A stretch of 64,000 nucleotides of DNA from the NCBI GenBank assembly GCA_964525495.1, contig CAZGHS010000001.1, forward strand, positions 10,863-74,862, in the 5' to 3' direction. The position numbers and the translations under genes were made by a program. This DNA comes from an uncultured Gammaproteobacteria bacterium. Its GTDB lineage: Bacteria > Patescibacteriota > Microgenomatia > JALYQM01. This document shows positions 9,743 to 18,072 of this stretch, in pieces (the stretch's first letter is position 1; each line of letters begins with the position of its first letter). A model generated the notes under the pieces. It had not been told where the DNA came from. It did not search any database and saw nothing but the letters and a program-made list of their open reading frames with translations.

Positions 9743-10052
9743 TTTAACCGCTACAAGTAAGTGAGGTCTTTCATGGCCATTAAACCGATAGCTGTACTTC
9801 CAGCCGGCTCTACCCTCTTCTCCAGGAATCGATTTGTTCAACAATGGCCGCGGGATATACCCACACAGGCAACAATAATAGCAGTATCTCAAGTTGCCAA
9901 TGTGAAATTCCGATGTGATAACGAAAGCGACTTACTCGACATTTGTAACGTTATTTTAAGAGCTGGTGTCAGAGAAATGCTGTGGTACTACTACATCGCT
10001 CCACGAGCAATAACAGCATAGCAAAATAATTTTGTTTACCATGGTTTCCATC

Positions 10053-10103
10053 GAAGAGAAGTATGCGATATCACACATCCCATACCAAACATACTTCTCT
10101 TCC
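10053..10103. repeat. 13-bp perfect inverted repeat at the 3' end of the 10105..11199 gene; possible terminator hairpin
   Basis: gaagagaagtatg ... catacttctcttc separated by 24 nt and ending 2 nt before the stop codon of the minus-strand gene. Confidence 0.4.
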
Positions 10104-10104
10104 C

Positions 10105-11199
10105 CTAGTCACAATATTTATAAAGTACAGGAACTGTACATCCCATCCCCTTACATACTTCATCAGAATATTTTTTATTAAGTTCAGCATAAACTTTACA
10201 CATATCATCACCTTTATTACGATACAAACACTCAATAACTGGTTGCACGTTAGGACAACTACCACATCCTCCGTGCTGAAACCCTGTCATACTACATGAC
10301 ACAGGCATAGCAGTGGGTTTAGGAGTCGGAGTAGCAATAACTGGTTGATATACATCTACTACCTCATCATCCTTCAGTGTACTTGGATATTTCCTTAAAT
10401 AAGCAGTAAAGATTCGACTCATATCTGTTTTTACTTTATTCCCACTAACATAAACAACATAATTTCCACTTACCCATACATACCGATCTCCAAACTGACC
10501 TTCCTTAACCACATATACTATATCTTTACCAATTTTTGTTTTCTTGGCTGGATCATTAAATAGATTAAGTAAACTCATCATCTCTTTTATTGTTTTATCT
10601 CTGTCTGGACGCTCCTTTACCTGAACACTAGCTATTGGAGATCCTGAATCAAGAAGAGAGTAGCCAACAGAATAGTCCATTCCTCCTAAATATGCAGGGT
10701 ATGCATAAAAACTATCAATTTGCAAATTAAATCCATACAATATGAATATCTGTTCAACACTTTTACCGCTATTCTGCTTAAACTCCATATTAAAGGCACT
10801 AATTAACTTAAACTGATTTATAGCAAATGCAATGAAGGACTGAATCATGGGCACAAAACAAATTATTAAAATAACAATCAAGAATTTCTTTAATTTCTGA
10901 GGATCAAAGCGCCGCATAAACGAAAAAATAATGCAGGCATAAACATACAGCAAGGCAGTATTCCCAATAACACCTGCAGTTTCGTTAATCCTACCAACTG
11001 AGATGTAAACAGGTAAAAAAATAAATGTGAATATATTTGCTAAAGTTATGAAAATACTACTAGAACATCCTAAACTGAGTGCACAACTAAACATCATTCC
11101 TAGTGAAAAAATGTTCACATAGTTAGCCAAAATACATAAAATTATGAAAATAAGTATTGTAAAAAACGTGGGTTTAAAGAATGAAACAAGCCTATTCAT
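10105..11199 (-). CDS. Polytopic membrane protein with a Cys-rich C-terminal extracytoplasmic domain
   Basis: Five or more hydrophobic helices in the N-terminal half. The C-terminal roughly 70 aa contains 10 Cys (CSMTGFQHGGCGSCPNV...CKGMGCTVPVLYKYCD). Confidence 0.5.
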   Translation of the reverse strand: MNRLVSFFKPTFFTILIFIILCILANYVNIFSLGMMFSCALSLGCSSSIFITLANIFTFIFLPVYISVGRINETAGVIGNTALLYVYACIIFSFMRRFDPQKLKKFLIVILIICFVPMIQSFIAFAINQFKLISAFNMEFKQNSGKSVEQIFILYGFNLQIDSFYAYPAYLGGMDYSVGYSLLDSGSPIASVQVKERPDRDKTIKEMMSLLNLFNDPAKKTKIGKDIVYVVKEGQFGDRYVWVSGNYVVYVSGNKVKTDMSRIFTAYLRKYPSTLKDDEVVDVYQPVIATPTPKPTAMPVSCSMTGFQHGGCGSCPNVQPVIECLYRNKGDDMCKVYAELNKKYSDEVCKGMGCTVPVLYKYCD

Positions 11200-11402
11200 A
11201 CAACTTATATTCAGTATGAAGACTATTTTAAAAAATTACCAGATCGAAAAACGCTTATAATCTGTGGGCAATGTTGTCTCAAAATGGAACACAATCTCCC
11301 CTTTTCTACTTAGATTACACACTACTTTTCAAAGACAAAATATCGCTCTACCTTCCGTAACATACGCTGGATAGCAAAGATTCTATCTATACCAATAATA
11401 AA

Positions 11403-11897
11403 TTGGAACACAATAAAGTGTTACTTGCCATACCAAAGCACTTTGATAAGATAGTGGTAATAATCATTAAAGCTGCTGAGGAGCTTATTATGTCTGAACA
11501 AGGTGAAGCACCACAACCAATTCTCGAAGAAGTAAAAATAGATCAATCATCTCATCCAAATAGTTTATTGGTTGATGTAAAAGGCGAACAAGCCCAAGTA
11601 GAGGATTTTATCAAGCAAACTTTATACAAAATTAGAGCGCGCGAGATACCTCCCACTAACGATACGGAATCTACAAATCTGCGACTTGATATCGATGACT
11701 TATTTGAGCAACAACGAGAAGATATCGACAAATATTTCAAAGGAGGGCAACCTTACAATCCCTACATCGGTACAAATTGGGAAATACGTGCATATGTACG
11801 AAGAGAGCGTCAACAGCCTGGAATTTATCACCTTAATTTCTACGATAATGCCAGTATGCAGCGAGTAAAATCTGACGGTCTTGAAATAGCGGAATAA
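11403..11897 (+). CDS. Acidic hypothetical protein (island cargo)
   Basis: 164-aa ORF rich in Glu/Asp with no motif. The start may be the internal Met (MSEQGE). Confidence 0.35.
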   Translation: MEHNKVLLAIPKHFDKIVVIIIKAAEELIMSEQGEAPQPILEEVKIDQSSHPNSLLVDVKGEQAQVEDFIKQTLYKIRAREIPPTNDTESTNLRLDIDDLFEQQREDIDKYFKGGQPYNPYIGTNWEIRAYVRRERQQPGIYHLNFYDNASMQRVKSDGLEIAE

Positions 11898-11950
11898 CCA
11901 ACTTTATTTCAAGCATATTATTCTCGCAAATAGTCTGTTAAAATCCAGCC

Positions 11951-13057
11951 ATGAGCTGGGACTTACCAATACCACCAGAAAGCAAGTATGCCTATTCTGA
12001 ACCAATTACAATTCGAGATGGCTCGTGGGGACATTTATGCGTTAAGGTAGGATACGTAAAACAACATCCAGAGAAACGGGTAATTCGATTAGAAAAAAGA
12101 TGGAAAGCAGACGGCGGTATTTATAAAGAAGAAAAATTTAATATTAAAGATGGTGACGACTGGATACAAATTAGACAAGCAGTGGAAAGGTTATGGCCTG
12201 AATTAGAATCGGCCCCTACTGCAACAGAGATTGACCAAGCTATTCATAAAGTAAGTAAAGAAACACAGTTACTTGAACTTCTTTCAAAATATCCTGAAAT
12301 ACTTAGCCAAATACCTCAAAACGCAGATATCTTATCAATGCCCGAAGAACATAAAGAAGCATTAAAACGACTACTTACAGCAGGTGGACAAATCGCTAAT
12401 GCAGTTATTAGCAAATTAGCAGAACAACCGATAGATGACATTGCTCAATTCGTAAAGCTACTTGAAGAGTTAAAACTCTCTACTATAAATTCTCTCGTCA
12501 CACACGTTACTTCCAGAACCAAATTCATTGAGATGTTTGAGAAAGCCATACATAACGAAGAATCTTATGAACGTAGAGGGCATAATTCCATCCATAATCT
12601 GTTAAAGGTAAATATGTGGCTGGTTAATCATAATTACGCTATCCTTCATGATGACGAAACATTAAGAAATATCATTCATTCCCAATGGGACAAAATTGCA
12701 GATGAAGAAGATTTAGACACGAGGCCAGATTTTTTATGCATGGTTGATCCATTCGCAAAAGAAAACGGTATCAAGAAACTGGTTATTATTGAAATAAAGC
12801 GGCCTACAGTAAAAATAAAACTAAAGCATATAGACCAAGTTATGGGATATAGGACTATCCTACATAATCATTCTGGGAAACCAATCACTGACTTTTCTTG
12901 TTATATTGTAGGTAAGGAAATCGATTCAAAATTGCAGCTTAATGATATGTCCAATTCTGGCTTCATTGTTAAAACGTATACTGATTTCATAAGTGAAGCA
13001 CGACATTTTTATCGAGAATACATCAAGATTATTGAATCTGAATCTTATGCTTTCTGA
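11951..13057 (+). CDS. PD-(D/E)xK nuclease-like protein, resembling DUF4263/Shedu-type defense nucleases
   Basis: C-terminal catalytic-core pattern TRPDFLCMVDP...KKLVIIEIKRP (a D, then an E-x-K on a hydrophobic strand) preceded by NMWLVNHNYAIL. The N-terminal 250 aa has no recognisable motif. Confidence 0.45.
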   Translation: MSWDLPIPPESKYAYSEPITIRDGSWGHLCVKVGYVKQHPEKRVIRLEKRWKADGGIYKEEKFNIKDGDDWIQIRQAVERLWPELESAPTATEIDQAIHKVSKETQLLELLSKYPEILSQIPQNADILSMPEEHKEALKRLLTAGGQIANAVISKLAEQPIDDIAQFVKLLEELKLSTINSLVTHVTSRTKFIEMFEKAIHNEESYERRGHNSIHNLLKVNMWLVNHNYAILHDDETLRNIIHSQWDKIADEEDLDTRPDFLCMVDPFAKENGIKKLVIIEIKRPTVKIKLKHIDQVMGYRTILHNHSGKPITDFSCYIVGKEIDSKLQLNDMSNSGFIVKTYTDFISEARHFYREYIKIIESESYAF

Positions 13058-13589
13058 CGAAACAAAGACTACTCAATACCAAACAAATCCAACCGAGAAA
13101 CAAATCAAGACGACAAATAATATACTTGCAGGAGAACAAAGCGTTGGGCAAGCCATGAGAAACGCAGGATATTCTACGACATCTTCATTGAACCCAGGTA
13201 AGAATTTCATGGAAGCTAAGGGAACAAAAACTTACTTATCCCGTCTTGATCTAAAATCAAGAATTAAATTCAATATGTGTACTGTAGATCGCGCATTAGA
13301 AGTATTCATGGAGGCTTTAGAGGCGAAAAAGTACATACCGTTTCGTGTTGTTAATGAAGGCAACAAAGTAATTTATAAAACTCAATCAGTTCCCGATCAC
13401 GACATAAGAATACGTGCCGCTGATAAACTATTAAAGCTACATAGCGTGGAGAACCTACAACCTGAAAAAGAATCATCACACTCACAGACACTAACACAGG
13501 AAGAGATTGACGATTTTAATAAGAAATTCCTTCGATTTATAGAAAGTGGAGAATTTAGTTCTACAGTAATTAGCAAATCACAATCCTAA
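13047..13589 (+). CDS. Terminase-small-subunit-like HTH protein (track ORF starts at 12993; internal Met start assumed)
   Basis: NILAGEQSVGQAMRNAGYSTTSS resembles the AGYS-containing N-terminal HTH of phage small terminase (Terminase_2-like). The call is weak and rests on a short motif. Confidence 0.3.
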   Translation: MLSDETKTTQYQTNPTEKQIKTTNNILAGEQSVGQAMRNAGYSTTSSLNPGKNFMEAKGTKTYLSRLDLKSRIKFNMCTVDRALEVFMEALEAKKYIPFRVVNEGNKVIYKTQSVPDHDIRIRAADKLLKLHSVENLQPEKESSHSQTLTQEEIDDFNKKFLRFIESGEFSSTVISKSQS

Positions 13590-13612
13590 TTCAACAATGA
13601 TAAAATCCCTGT

Positions 13613-14350
13613 ATGCTGGGAGTTGAAGTACCTAATGGTATTGAAGAATGGACTTATGATAAAGTAAAATACTTTCTTCTTTTTCATACCGCAGGTACAC
13701 ACCTGTTGGTTAAGAATCTTCGAGAGAAATATAAATATAACTCTAAAAAAAGAACAATTTTTGAGCGAAAATTGCGTTCATCAATTCATAATCAAAACTT
13801 AGAAAGAGAATTGGAAGACGTAGTAAATGAACTGGGAATTGGCCGTGCTTTTGTTGATTATTCGCTATTAAATGACACGATTGACGAAGAGTTTCTTGAT
13901 TCCGTTTCTCTCCCCATCTTCATCGCTACTTCGGTAAGTCATTTAACAAGCGGTTTTTTTATAAAAGTAGACCAAAAAACGACACTTACCACAGTGCAGG
14001 AATCATTCAACGAGATACAAAAGTTAATGATTCACTACAACAAATTCATTCAAAAAAAGAAGAACTACTACGCTCCTGCCAAAAAGGAAGCTCCACTAAA
14101 TAATCTATCAAAGTCTGTTGAGATAGCCTTACTTATAGAGAAAGAGTTAATTCAAGGAAAATCTGTAACAGAAAGCATTGGTACAGTAGCCGACATGATC
14201 TACCCTGTAGAAAACGAAACAGAATTACAAAAAAAGACGACAGCAGAAAAAGTTCAAGAACGCTACTACGAAGTACTTCGTTATTATCACATTCCTACTC
14301 CACTGCAATTCAAAAAACTTGCGTCTAAATACGCTCCTTCACGGAAGTAA
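13613..14350 (+). CDS. Hypothetical protein (island cargo)
   Basis: 245-aa ORF with no recognisable motif. Followed by hairpins at 14391-14440. Confidence 0.4.
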   Translation: MLGVEVPNGIEEWTYDKVKYFLLFHTAGTHLLVKNLREKYKYNSKKRTIFERKLRSSIHNQNLERELEDVVNELGIGRAFVDYSLLNDTIDEEFLDSVSLPIFIATSVSHLTSGFFIKVDQKTTLTTVQESFNEIQKLMIHYNKFIQKKKNYYAPAKKEAPLNNLSKSVEIALLIEKELIQGKSVTESIGTVADMIYPVENETELQKKTTAEKVQERYYEVLRYYHIPTPLQFKKLASKYAPSRK

Positions 14351-14456
14351 AAAAATTCCAGATAAAGCTACTCTATACATACTCTCAATGCTGGGAAGTT
14401 GAGCGTATAAGAAGACCCTTATTCCCAGCAGTAAGGGTCTTTCTATATGAGCAACA

Positions 14457-14618
14457 ATGAGTAAGCCTAAAAGAAGAACCAGTCCAAATAAGCAAGAAGC
14501 GCCACAAAATGCAGCATTAGAAGACAAAATGCGTGCATTTGCTAATCAAATTATTGATGTGATTTTAGATGACTACAAGCAAGGAAAAATGAAATATAAT
14601 AAGCTCAAAGGAAAGTAA
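14457..14618 (+). CDS. Unannotated 53-aa basic ORF immediately upstream of the serine recombinase (candidate excisionase/RDF or regulator)
   Basis: ATG at 14457 to TAA at 14616-14618 encodes MSKPKRRTSPNKQEAPQNAALEDKMRAFANQIIDVILDDYKQGKMKYNKLKGK. The stop is 3 nt before the recombinase ATG. It is below the 60-aa cutoff of the track. Confidence 0.3.
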   Translation: MSKPKRRTSPNKQEAPQNAALEDKMRAFANQIIDVILDDYKQGKMKYNKLKGK

Positions 14619-14620
14619 CT

Positions 14621-16339
14621 ATGCTGGAAAAAGCCGTTGCGGCAATGCGTGTCTCATCAACAAAACAAGGTCAAACAGGAGATAGCCCAGAAAGACAAAA
14701 GGAGCGCATCCTACACTACTCGCGCAAACATGGATATGAAATAGCGAAATTCTTTGAATTGTGGGAATCAGCATCAGGAGAGAATCAACCATTACAAAAA
14801 GTAATTGATTATTGTAAGAATCCTGACAATAAAATTAAAGCGATCTTAATTAACTCCATAGACCGATTTACACGCGGCGGATCATTCTTATATGACTCTT
14901 TGCGTTCACAGCTCACAAAATATGGGATAAAGTTAGTTGATACATACGATGTGATCGGGAATGAAAAAGTAAACACTTTAGAGCAATGGGGTGTAAGTTA
15001 TCCAAAATGGTCAGAATTTAGCCCTTCGAGAAAAAATGAAATACTTGCTGCCGAAGATGCAAAAGATGAAATGCGAACTATGCTCACTCGAATGATTGGA
15101 GCTGAAATAGATTATGTAAGGAAAGGCTATCGAGTAAGAGCTGCCCCACCTGGATATATGAACACTAAGGCAGATACAGAGCATGGAATACGATATATTT
15201 TAACTCCTCACCCCAAAGAGTCCGAATGGTTCTACAAAATATTTGAGCTTCGTGCTATGGGTAATTTCTCCGATGATGAAATCGTAGACGAAGTAAACGC
15301 ATTAGGGTTTAGAACCCGCCAGCGCCGCATACGCGACCCGCAAAACAATCAAAGAATCATTGGATACACGGAAGGCAAACCCCTAACAGTCAAAGACCTA
15401 AAACGATACATCCAAATGCCAATCTACTGTGGCGTTAATAATGAGAAATGGCTTTTAGGAGTGCCTGTTAAAGGTAAATTCCCTGGCATCGTATCAATAG
15501 ATATGTGGAATCAAGCAAATCGGGGGAAGTTTACGATTATAGAAGAAGGCGACAATGTTCAATTATATAAAGGTACGCCGCCTGAATGGCAATTAACAAA
15601 ACAAAAAGATAATCCTATTTTTCCTTATAAAAAATATGTTCTCTGTCCTATTTGCAGAAAACCGCTTCTTGGAAGTTCATCCTCAGGAAGACTAAAAAAA
15701 GGATATGGTGGATATCACTGTAGTCGTGGACACAAATACTTTAGAATACCCTTAAAGACATTCAACAAAACAATCGAAACCTTTGTACAGAAATTACATT
15801 TCAGTAAAACCTTCTCCAAAAGATTTCAAGAAATACTTCTCGAAGAGTGGCATAAGCGTAAACTACAAGTTGGAAACGACAGCATTAAGTTAGAAGAACG
15901 AGTTTTGGAGCTAAAACACACAGCTCAAAATATTACACGAAAGATTATAGACACATCATCAGATACAGTGATGAAAGCCTTAGAGGCAGAACTTGAAAAG
16001 GTAGAAAACGAAAAGGCTGCTGCGATATACATACTTAATAAAAAGGAATCGGAAGAGTTGGACATTGAAACCGTGATTGGCTATCTCAAATACTTTATGG
16101 AACACTTAGAGGATTTGGTATTAAATGACTCTAAACCCATACAACAGGCTGCCATTTTTGGACTACTTTTTGAGGAGCCACCAACCTACCAAGAACTAAA
16201 AAATGGAACACCAAGATTAAGCTGTCTATTTGAGCTAAACAAGAAGTTCAAATCTTCAAAAACTATCACTGTGGGCAACAATGGACTCGAACCATTGACC
16301 TCGGTCTTATCAGGACCGCGCTCTAACCACCTGAGCTAG
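14621..16339 (+). CDS. Large serine recombinase (resolvase/invertase-type catalytic domain plus recombinase domain plus zinc ribbon)
   Basis: N-terminal AMRVSSTKQGQTGDSPERQ has the catalytic Ser context, though SSTKQ departs from the typical S-x-x-Q spacing. 572 aa. CPICRKP...YHCSRGH zinc ribbon, then a C-terminal coiled coil. The last roughly 22 codons read antisense through tRNA-Ile. Confidence 0.8.
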   Translation: MLEKAVAAMRVSSTKQGQTGDSPERQKERILHYSRKHGYEIAKFFELWESASGENQPLQKVIDYCKNPDNKIKAILINSIDRFTRGGSFLYDSLRSQLTKYGIKLVDTYDVIGNEKVNTLEQWGVSYPKWSEFSPSRKNEILAAEDAKDEMRTMLTRMIGAEIDYVRKGYRVRAAPPGYMNTKADTEHGIRYILTPHPKESEWFYKIFELRAMGNFSDDEIVDEVNALGFRTRQRRIRDPQNNQRIIGYTEGKPLTVKDLKRYIQMPIYCGVNNEKWLLGVPVKGKFPGIVSIDMWNQANRGKFTIIEEGDNVQLYKGTPPEWQLTKQKDNPIFPYKKYVLCPICRKPLLGSSSSGRLKKGYGGYHCSRGHKYFRIPLKTFNKTIETFVQKLHFSKTFSKRFQEILLEEWHKRKLQVGNDSIKLEERVLELKHTAQNITRKIIDTSSDTVMKALEAELEKVENEKAAAIYILNKKESEELDIETVIGYLKYFMEHLEDLVLNDSKPIQQAAIFGLLFEEPPTYQELKNGTPRLSCLFELNKKFKSSKTITVGNNGLEPLTSVLSGPRSNHLS

Positions 16340-16345
16340 TCGCCC
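16272..16345 (-). tRNA. tRNA-Ile (anticodon GAT)
   Basis: The reverse complement is GGGCGACTAGCTCAGGTGGTTAGAGCGCGGTCCTGATAAGACCGAGGTCAATGGTTCGAGTCCATTGTTGCCCA. The cloverleaf is complete: acceptor 7 bp, D-stem GCTC/GAGC, anticodon stem CGGTC/GACCG with loop CTGATAA, T-arm AATGG-TTCGAGT-CCATT. Confidence 0.8.
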
Positions 16346-16398
16346 TTAGTAAACTCGCTAGATTATAATACAATCGACCTACCCTGTCGAGATAGACC

Positions 16399-17958
16399 CT
16401 ACCTGACAAAAAACTTCCACCAAGCCTTCCGCGGCTGTACGGAAGTATGCGCCAACTCCCCGTATCCCAAACTCGCAGCATATTCCTCTTCGGTTTGAGG
16501 TGGAATATAGCGTGCCAGTATCTCCCCATCCTCTTCCTCAAGTATCAATTGTCCAGGGTTCAATAGCCCACAATGATGTGCGCCTCCAGCTCCCCCAAGC
16601 ATCTTCTGGTAGGCTCCCACACACGCAAATACCACGAGCTGATCATCAGCATCAGGCAGGACTACAAATTTCTCCTCAGCATTTTTTGAGGGATATCTCC
16701 CGTCGGAGTCACACGTCAGATCTCCCAGCACATATCGAGATGATGTCTCGTTACCATTATTACCAGCCAATACAGGAAATTTCTTTTTCGTAATAAACAT
16801 ATCGGGTAGCTCTGCCATCAAACCACCATCCACGATAGCCCATCGTAAATCACCTTCATTGTCACTCACAGAATTATGCTTACGCTGCAAAACCCGATGC
16901 ACGAGGAATCCAGATTCATCAGTCAAAAAGCTCCCAAACTCAAATACCACAATGGGCGCCTCACAACCATACTCTACTGCCATCCGATTAATACCACTCA
17001 ACAAACGCTGTAGATACACATCATAGTCATACCCGGAAGCGAGCGGAGGAATCCCCCCACCCACGTTCAGATACTGCAGACTCGGATATTGTTTCTTCAA
17101 TTCAAAATATTTTTCAGCACCATACAACAAAGACATGACCAATTCATCGATCGGCACAACTTCAGCTGCAGACACCATCATATGCAACATTTTCAGCTGC
17201 AAATTTTCCGCCTTATCCACTACCCGAGCCACTTCACTTATCTCATCCCACGACATACCATGTCGCGACACACCTCGAGCCAGATGCTCATCATCATGAA
17301 CAATGCCAAACTTCATCCTCAAACCCACATCCATCGTGCCGTTATCTATCTGCTCCGCAAAATATTCTACTTCACCAGCATCCAAGATCGGCATAATATG
17401 AAAGCCAAGTTTAAAAAGCTTCACTATATATTCAGCGTACAAATAAGGCAAAGGGACAGTCGCCTGACCATCATTCACAAAAGTAATTCCAGTACTGGCA
17501 TTGTCCTGATCCGATACCTGAGAGAGAACAGGAAATTTAAATCCATTACAGATAATTGGAAGGCCATAACCTATCAGTCCTTTTTGGTGCAGCTGAAGAA
17601 TATGTACCAGATCCTGAGCAGAGCTTGTCTCAGCAAGCCACCCTTCCCTATATGCATTCAATACATAAGACAAAGCCATATTAGCTTTAGACGCATAAAA
17701 CAACGCAAAATCACCGGTATATTCAACATCTTTAGCAATCTCGCGAATCTTTTCCCGCCAATACACCGCCCGTTGCTTCATAATGCCCATATCGTGGATC
17801 TCAAGCGGAGTACCATATTTTGCAACCGCGTCCTTCACCCGCAACTTATTTATCCACAGATCACCGTGCTCATCGTATCTCAGATAATCTCGCAGATGGC
17901 TGCCAGACAAAAAGTTCTGAATTTCAGACACATAGGATTGAGATGGAGAGAGTTTCAT
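16399..17958 (-). CDS. PLP-dependent decarboxylase of the Orn/DAP/Arg decarboxylase (alanine-racemase fold) family
   Basis: KYGTPLEIHD then FYASKANMA (the YAxKAN PLP-lysine motif) and a Gly-rich region. 519 aa. Confidence 0.55.
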   Translation of the reverse strand: MKLSPSQSYVSEIQNFLSGSHLRDYLRYDEHGDLWINKLRVKDAVAKYGTPLEIHDMGIMKQRAVYWREKIREIAKDVEYTGDFALFYASKANMALSYVLNAYREGWLAETSSAQDLVHILQLHQKGLIGYGLPIICNGFKFPVLSQVSDQDNASTGITFVNDGQATVPLPYLYAEYIVKLFKLGFHIMPILDAGEVEYFAEQIDNGTMDVGLRMKFGIVHDDEHLARGVSRHGMSWDEISEVARVVDKAENLQLKMLHMMVSAAEVVPIDELVMSLLYGAEKYFELKKQYPSLQYLNVGGGIPPLASGYDYDVYLQRLLSGINRMAVEYGCEAPIVVFEFGSFLTDESGFLVHRVLQRKHNSVSDNEGDLRWAIVDGGLMAELPDMFITKKKFPVLAGNNGNETSSRYVLGDLTCDSDGRYPSKNAEEKFVVLPDADDQLVVFACVGAYQKMLGGAGGAHHCGLLNPGQLILEEEDGEILARYIPPQTEEEYAASLGYGELAHTSVQPRKAWWKFFVR

Positions 17959-18072
17959 AAATTAGAGCTCAATAAGTTCACAATATAACAATAAACTATT
18001 AAATCATTTTTCTACAATATGCATCTACAAAATCTATTGCGATAATTAAAAAAACAACATACTCTTAAAGAG

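Larger units (their letters stand above)
11262..16281. mobile_element. Putative integrated element (about 5 kb) at the 3' end of tRNA-Ile, bounded by a 10-nt direct repeat ctgtgggcaa
   Basis: A large serine recombinase gene abuts and overlaps tRNA-Ile antisense. ctgtgggcaa occurs at 11262-11271 and again at 16269-16278, where it overlaps the tRNA 3' acceptor end. The cargo is hypothetical, TerS-like and nuclease-like genes, all on one strand. Confidence 0.35.

Noticed and set aside
9761-10299. Track ORFs 9761..10021 (+), 10063..10299 (+) and 10071..10265 (-)
   Set aside because: No motifs. The latter two overlap the 3' end of the 364-aa membrane protein gene. 9761..10021 has a plausible SD but odd composition. 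They are left unannotated as genes.
11262-11271. Treating the 10-nt repeat as proof of the island boundary
   Set aside because: A single 10-mer match has non-negligible chance occurrence in 64 kb, and serine integrase attL and attR need not share long repeats. It is kept as a hypothesis with low confidence rather than an established feature.
16500-17988. Track ORFs 16500..16793 (+) and 17089..17988 (+)
   Set aside because: They are entirely antisense to the 519-aa PLP decarboxylase gene, have a low-complexity His/Ile-rich translation, and lack a motif.
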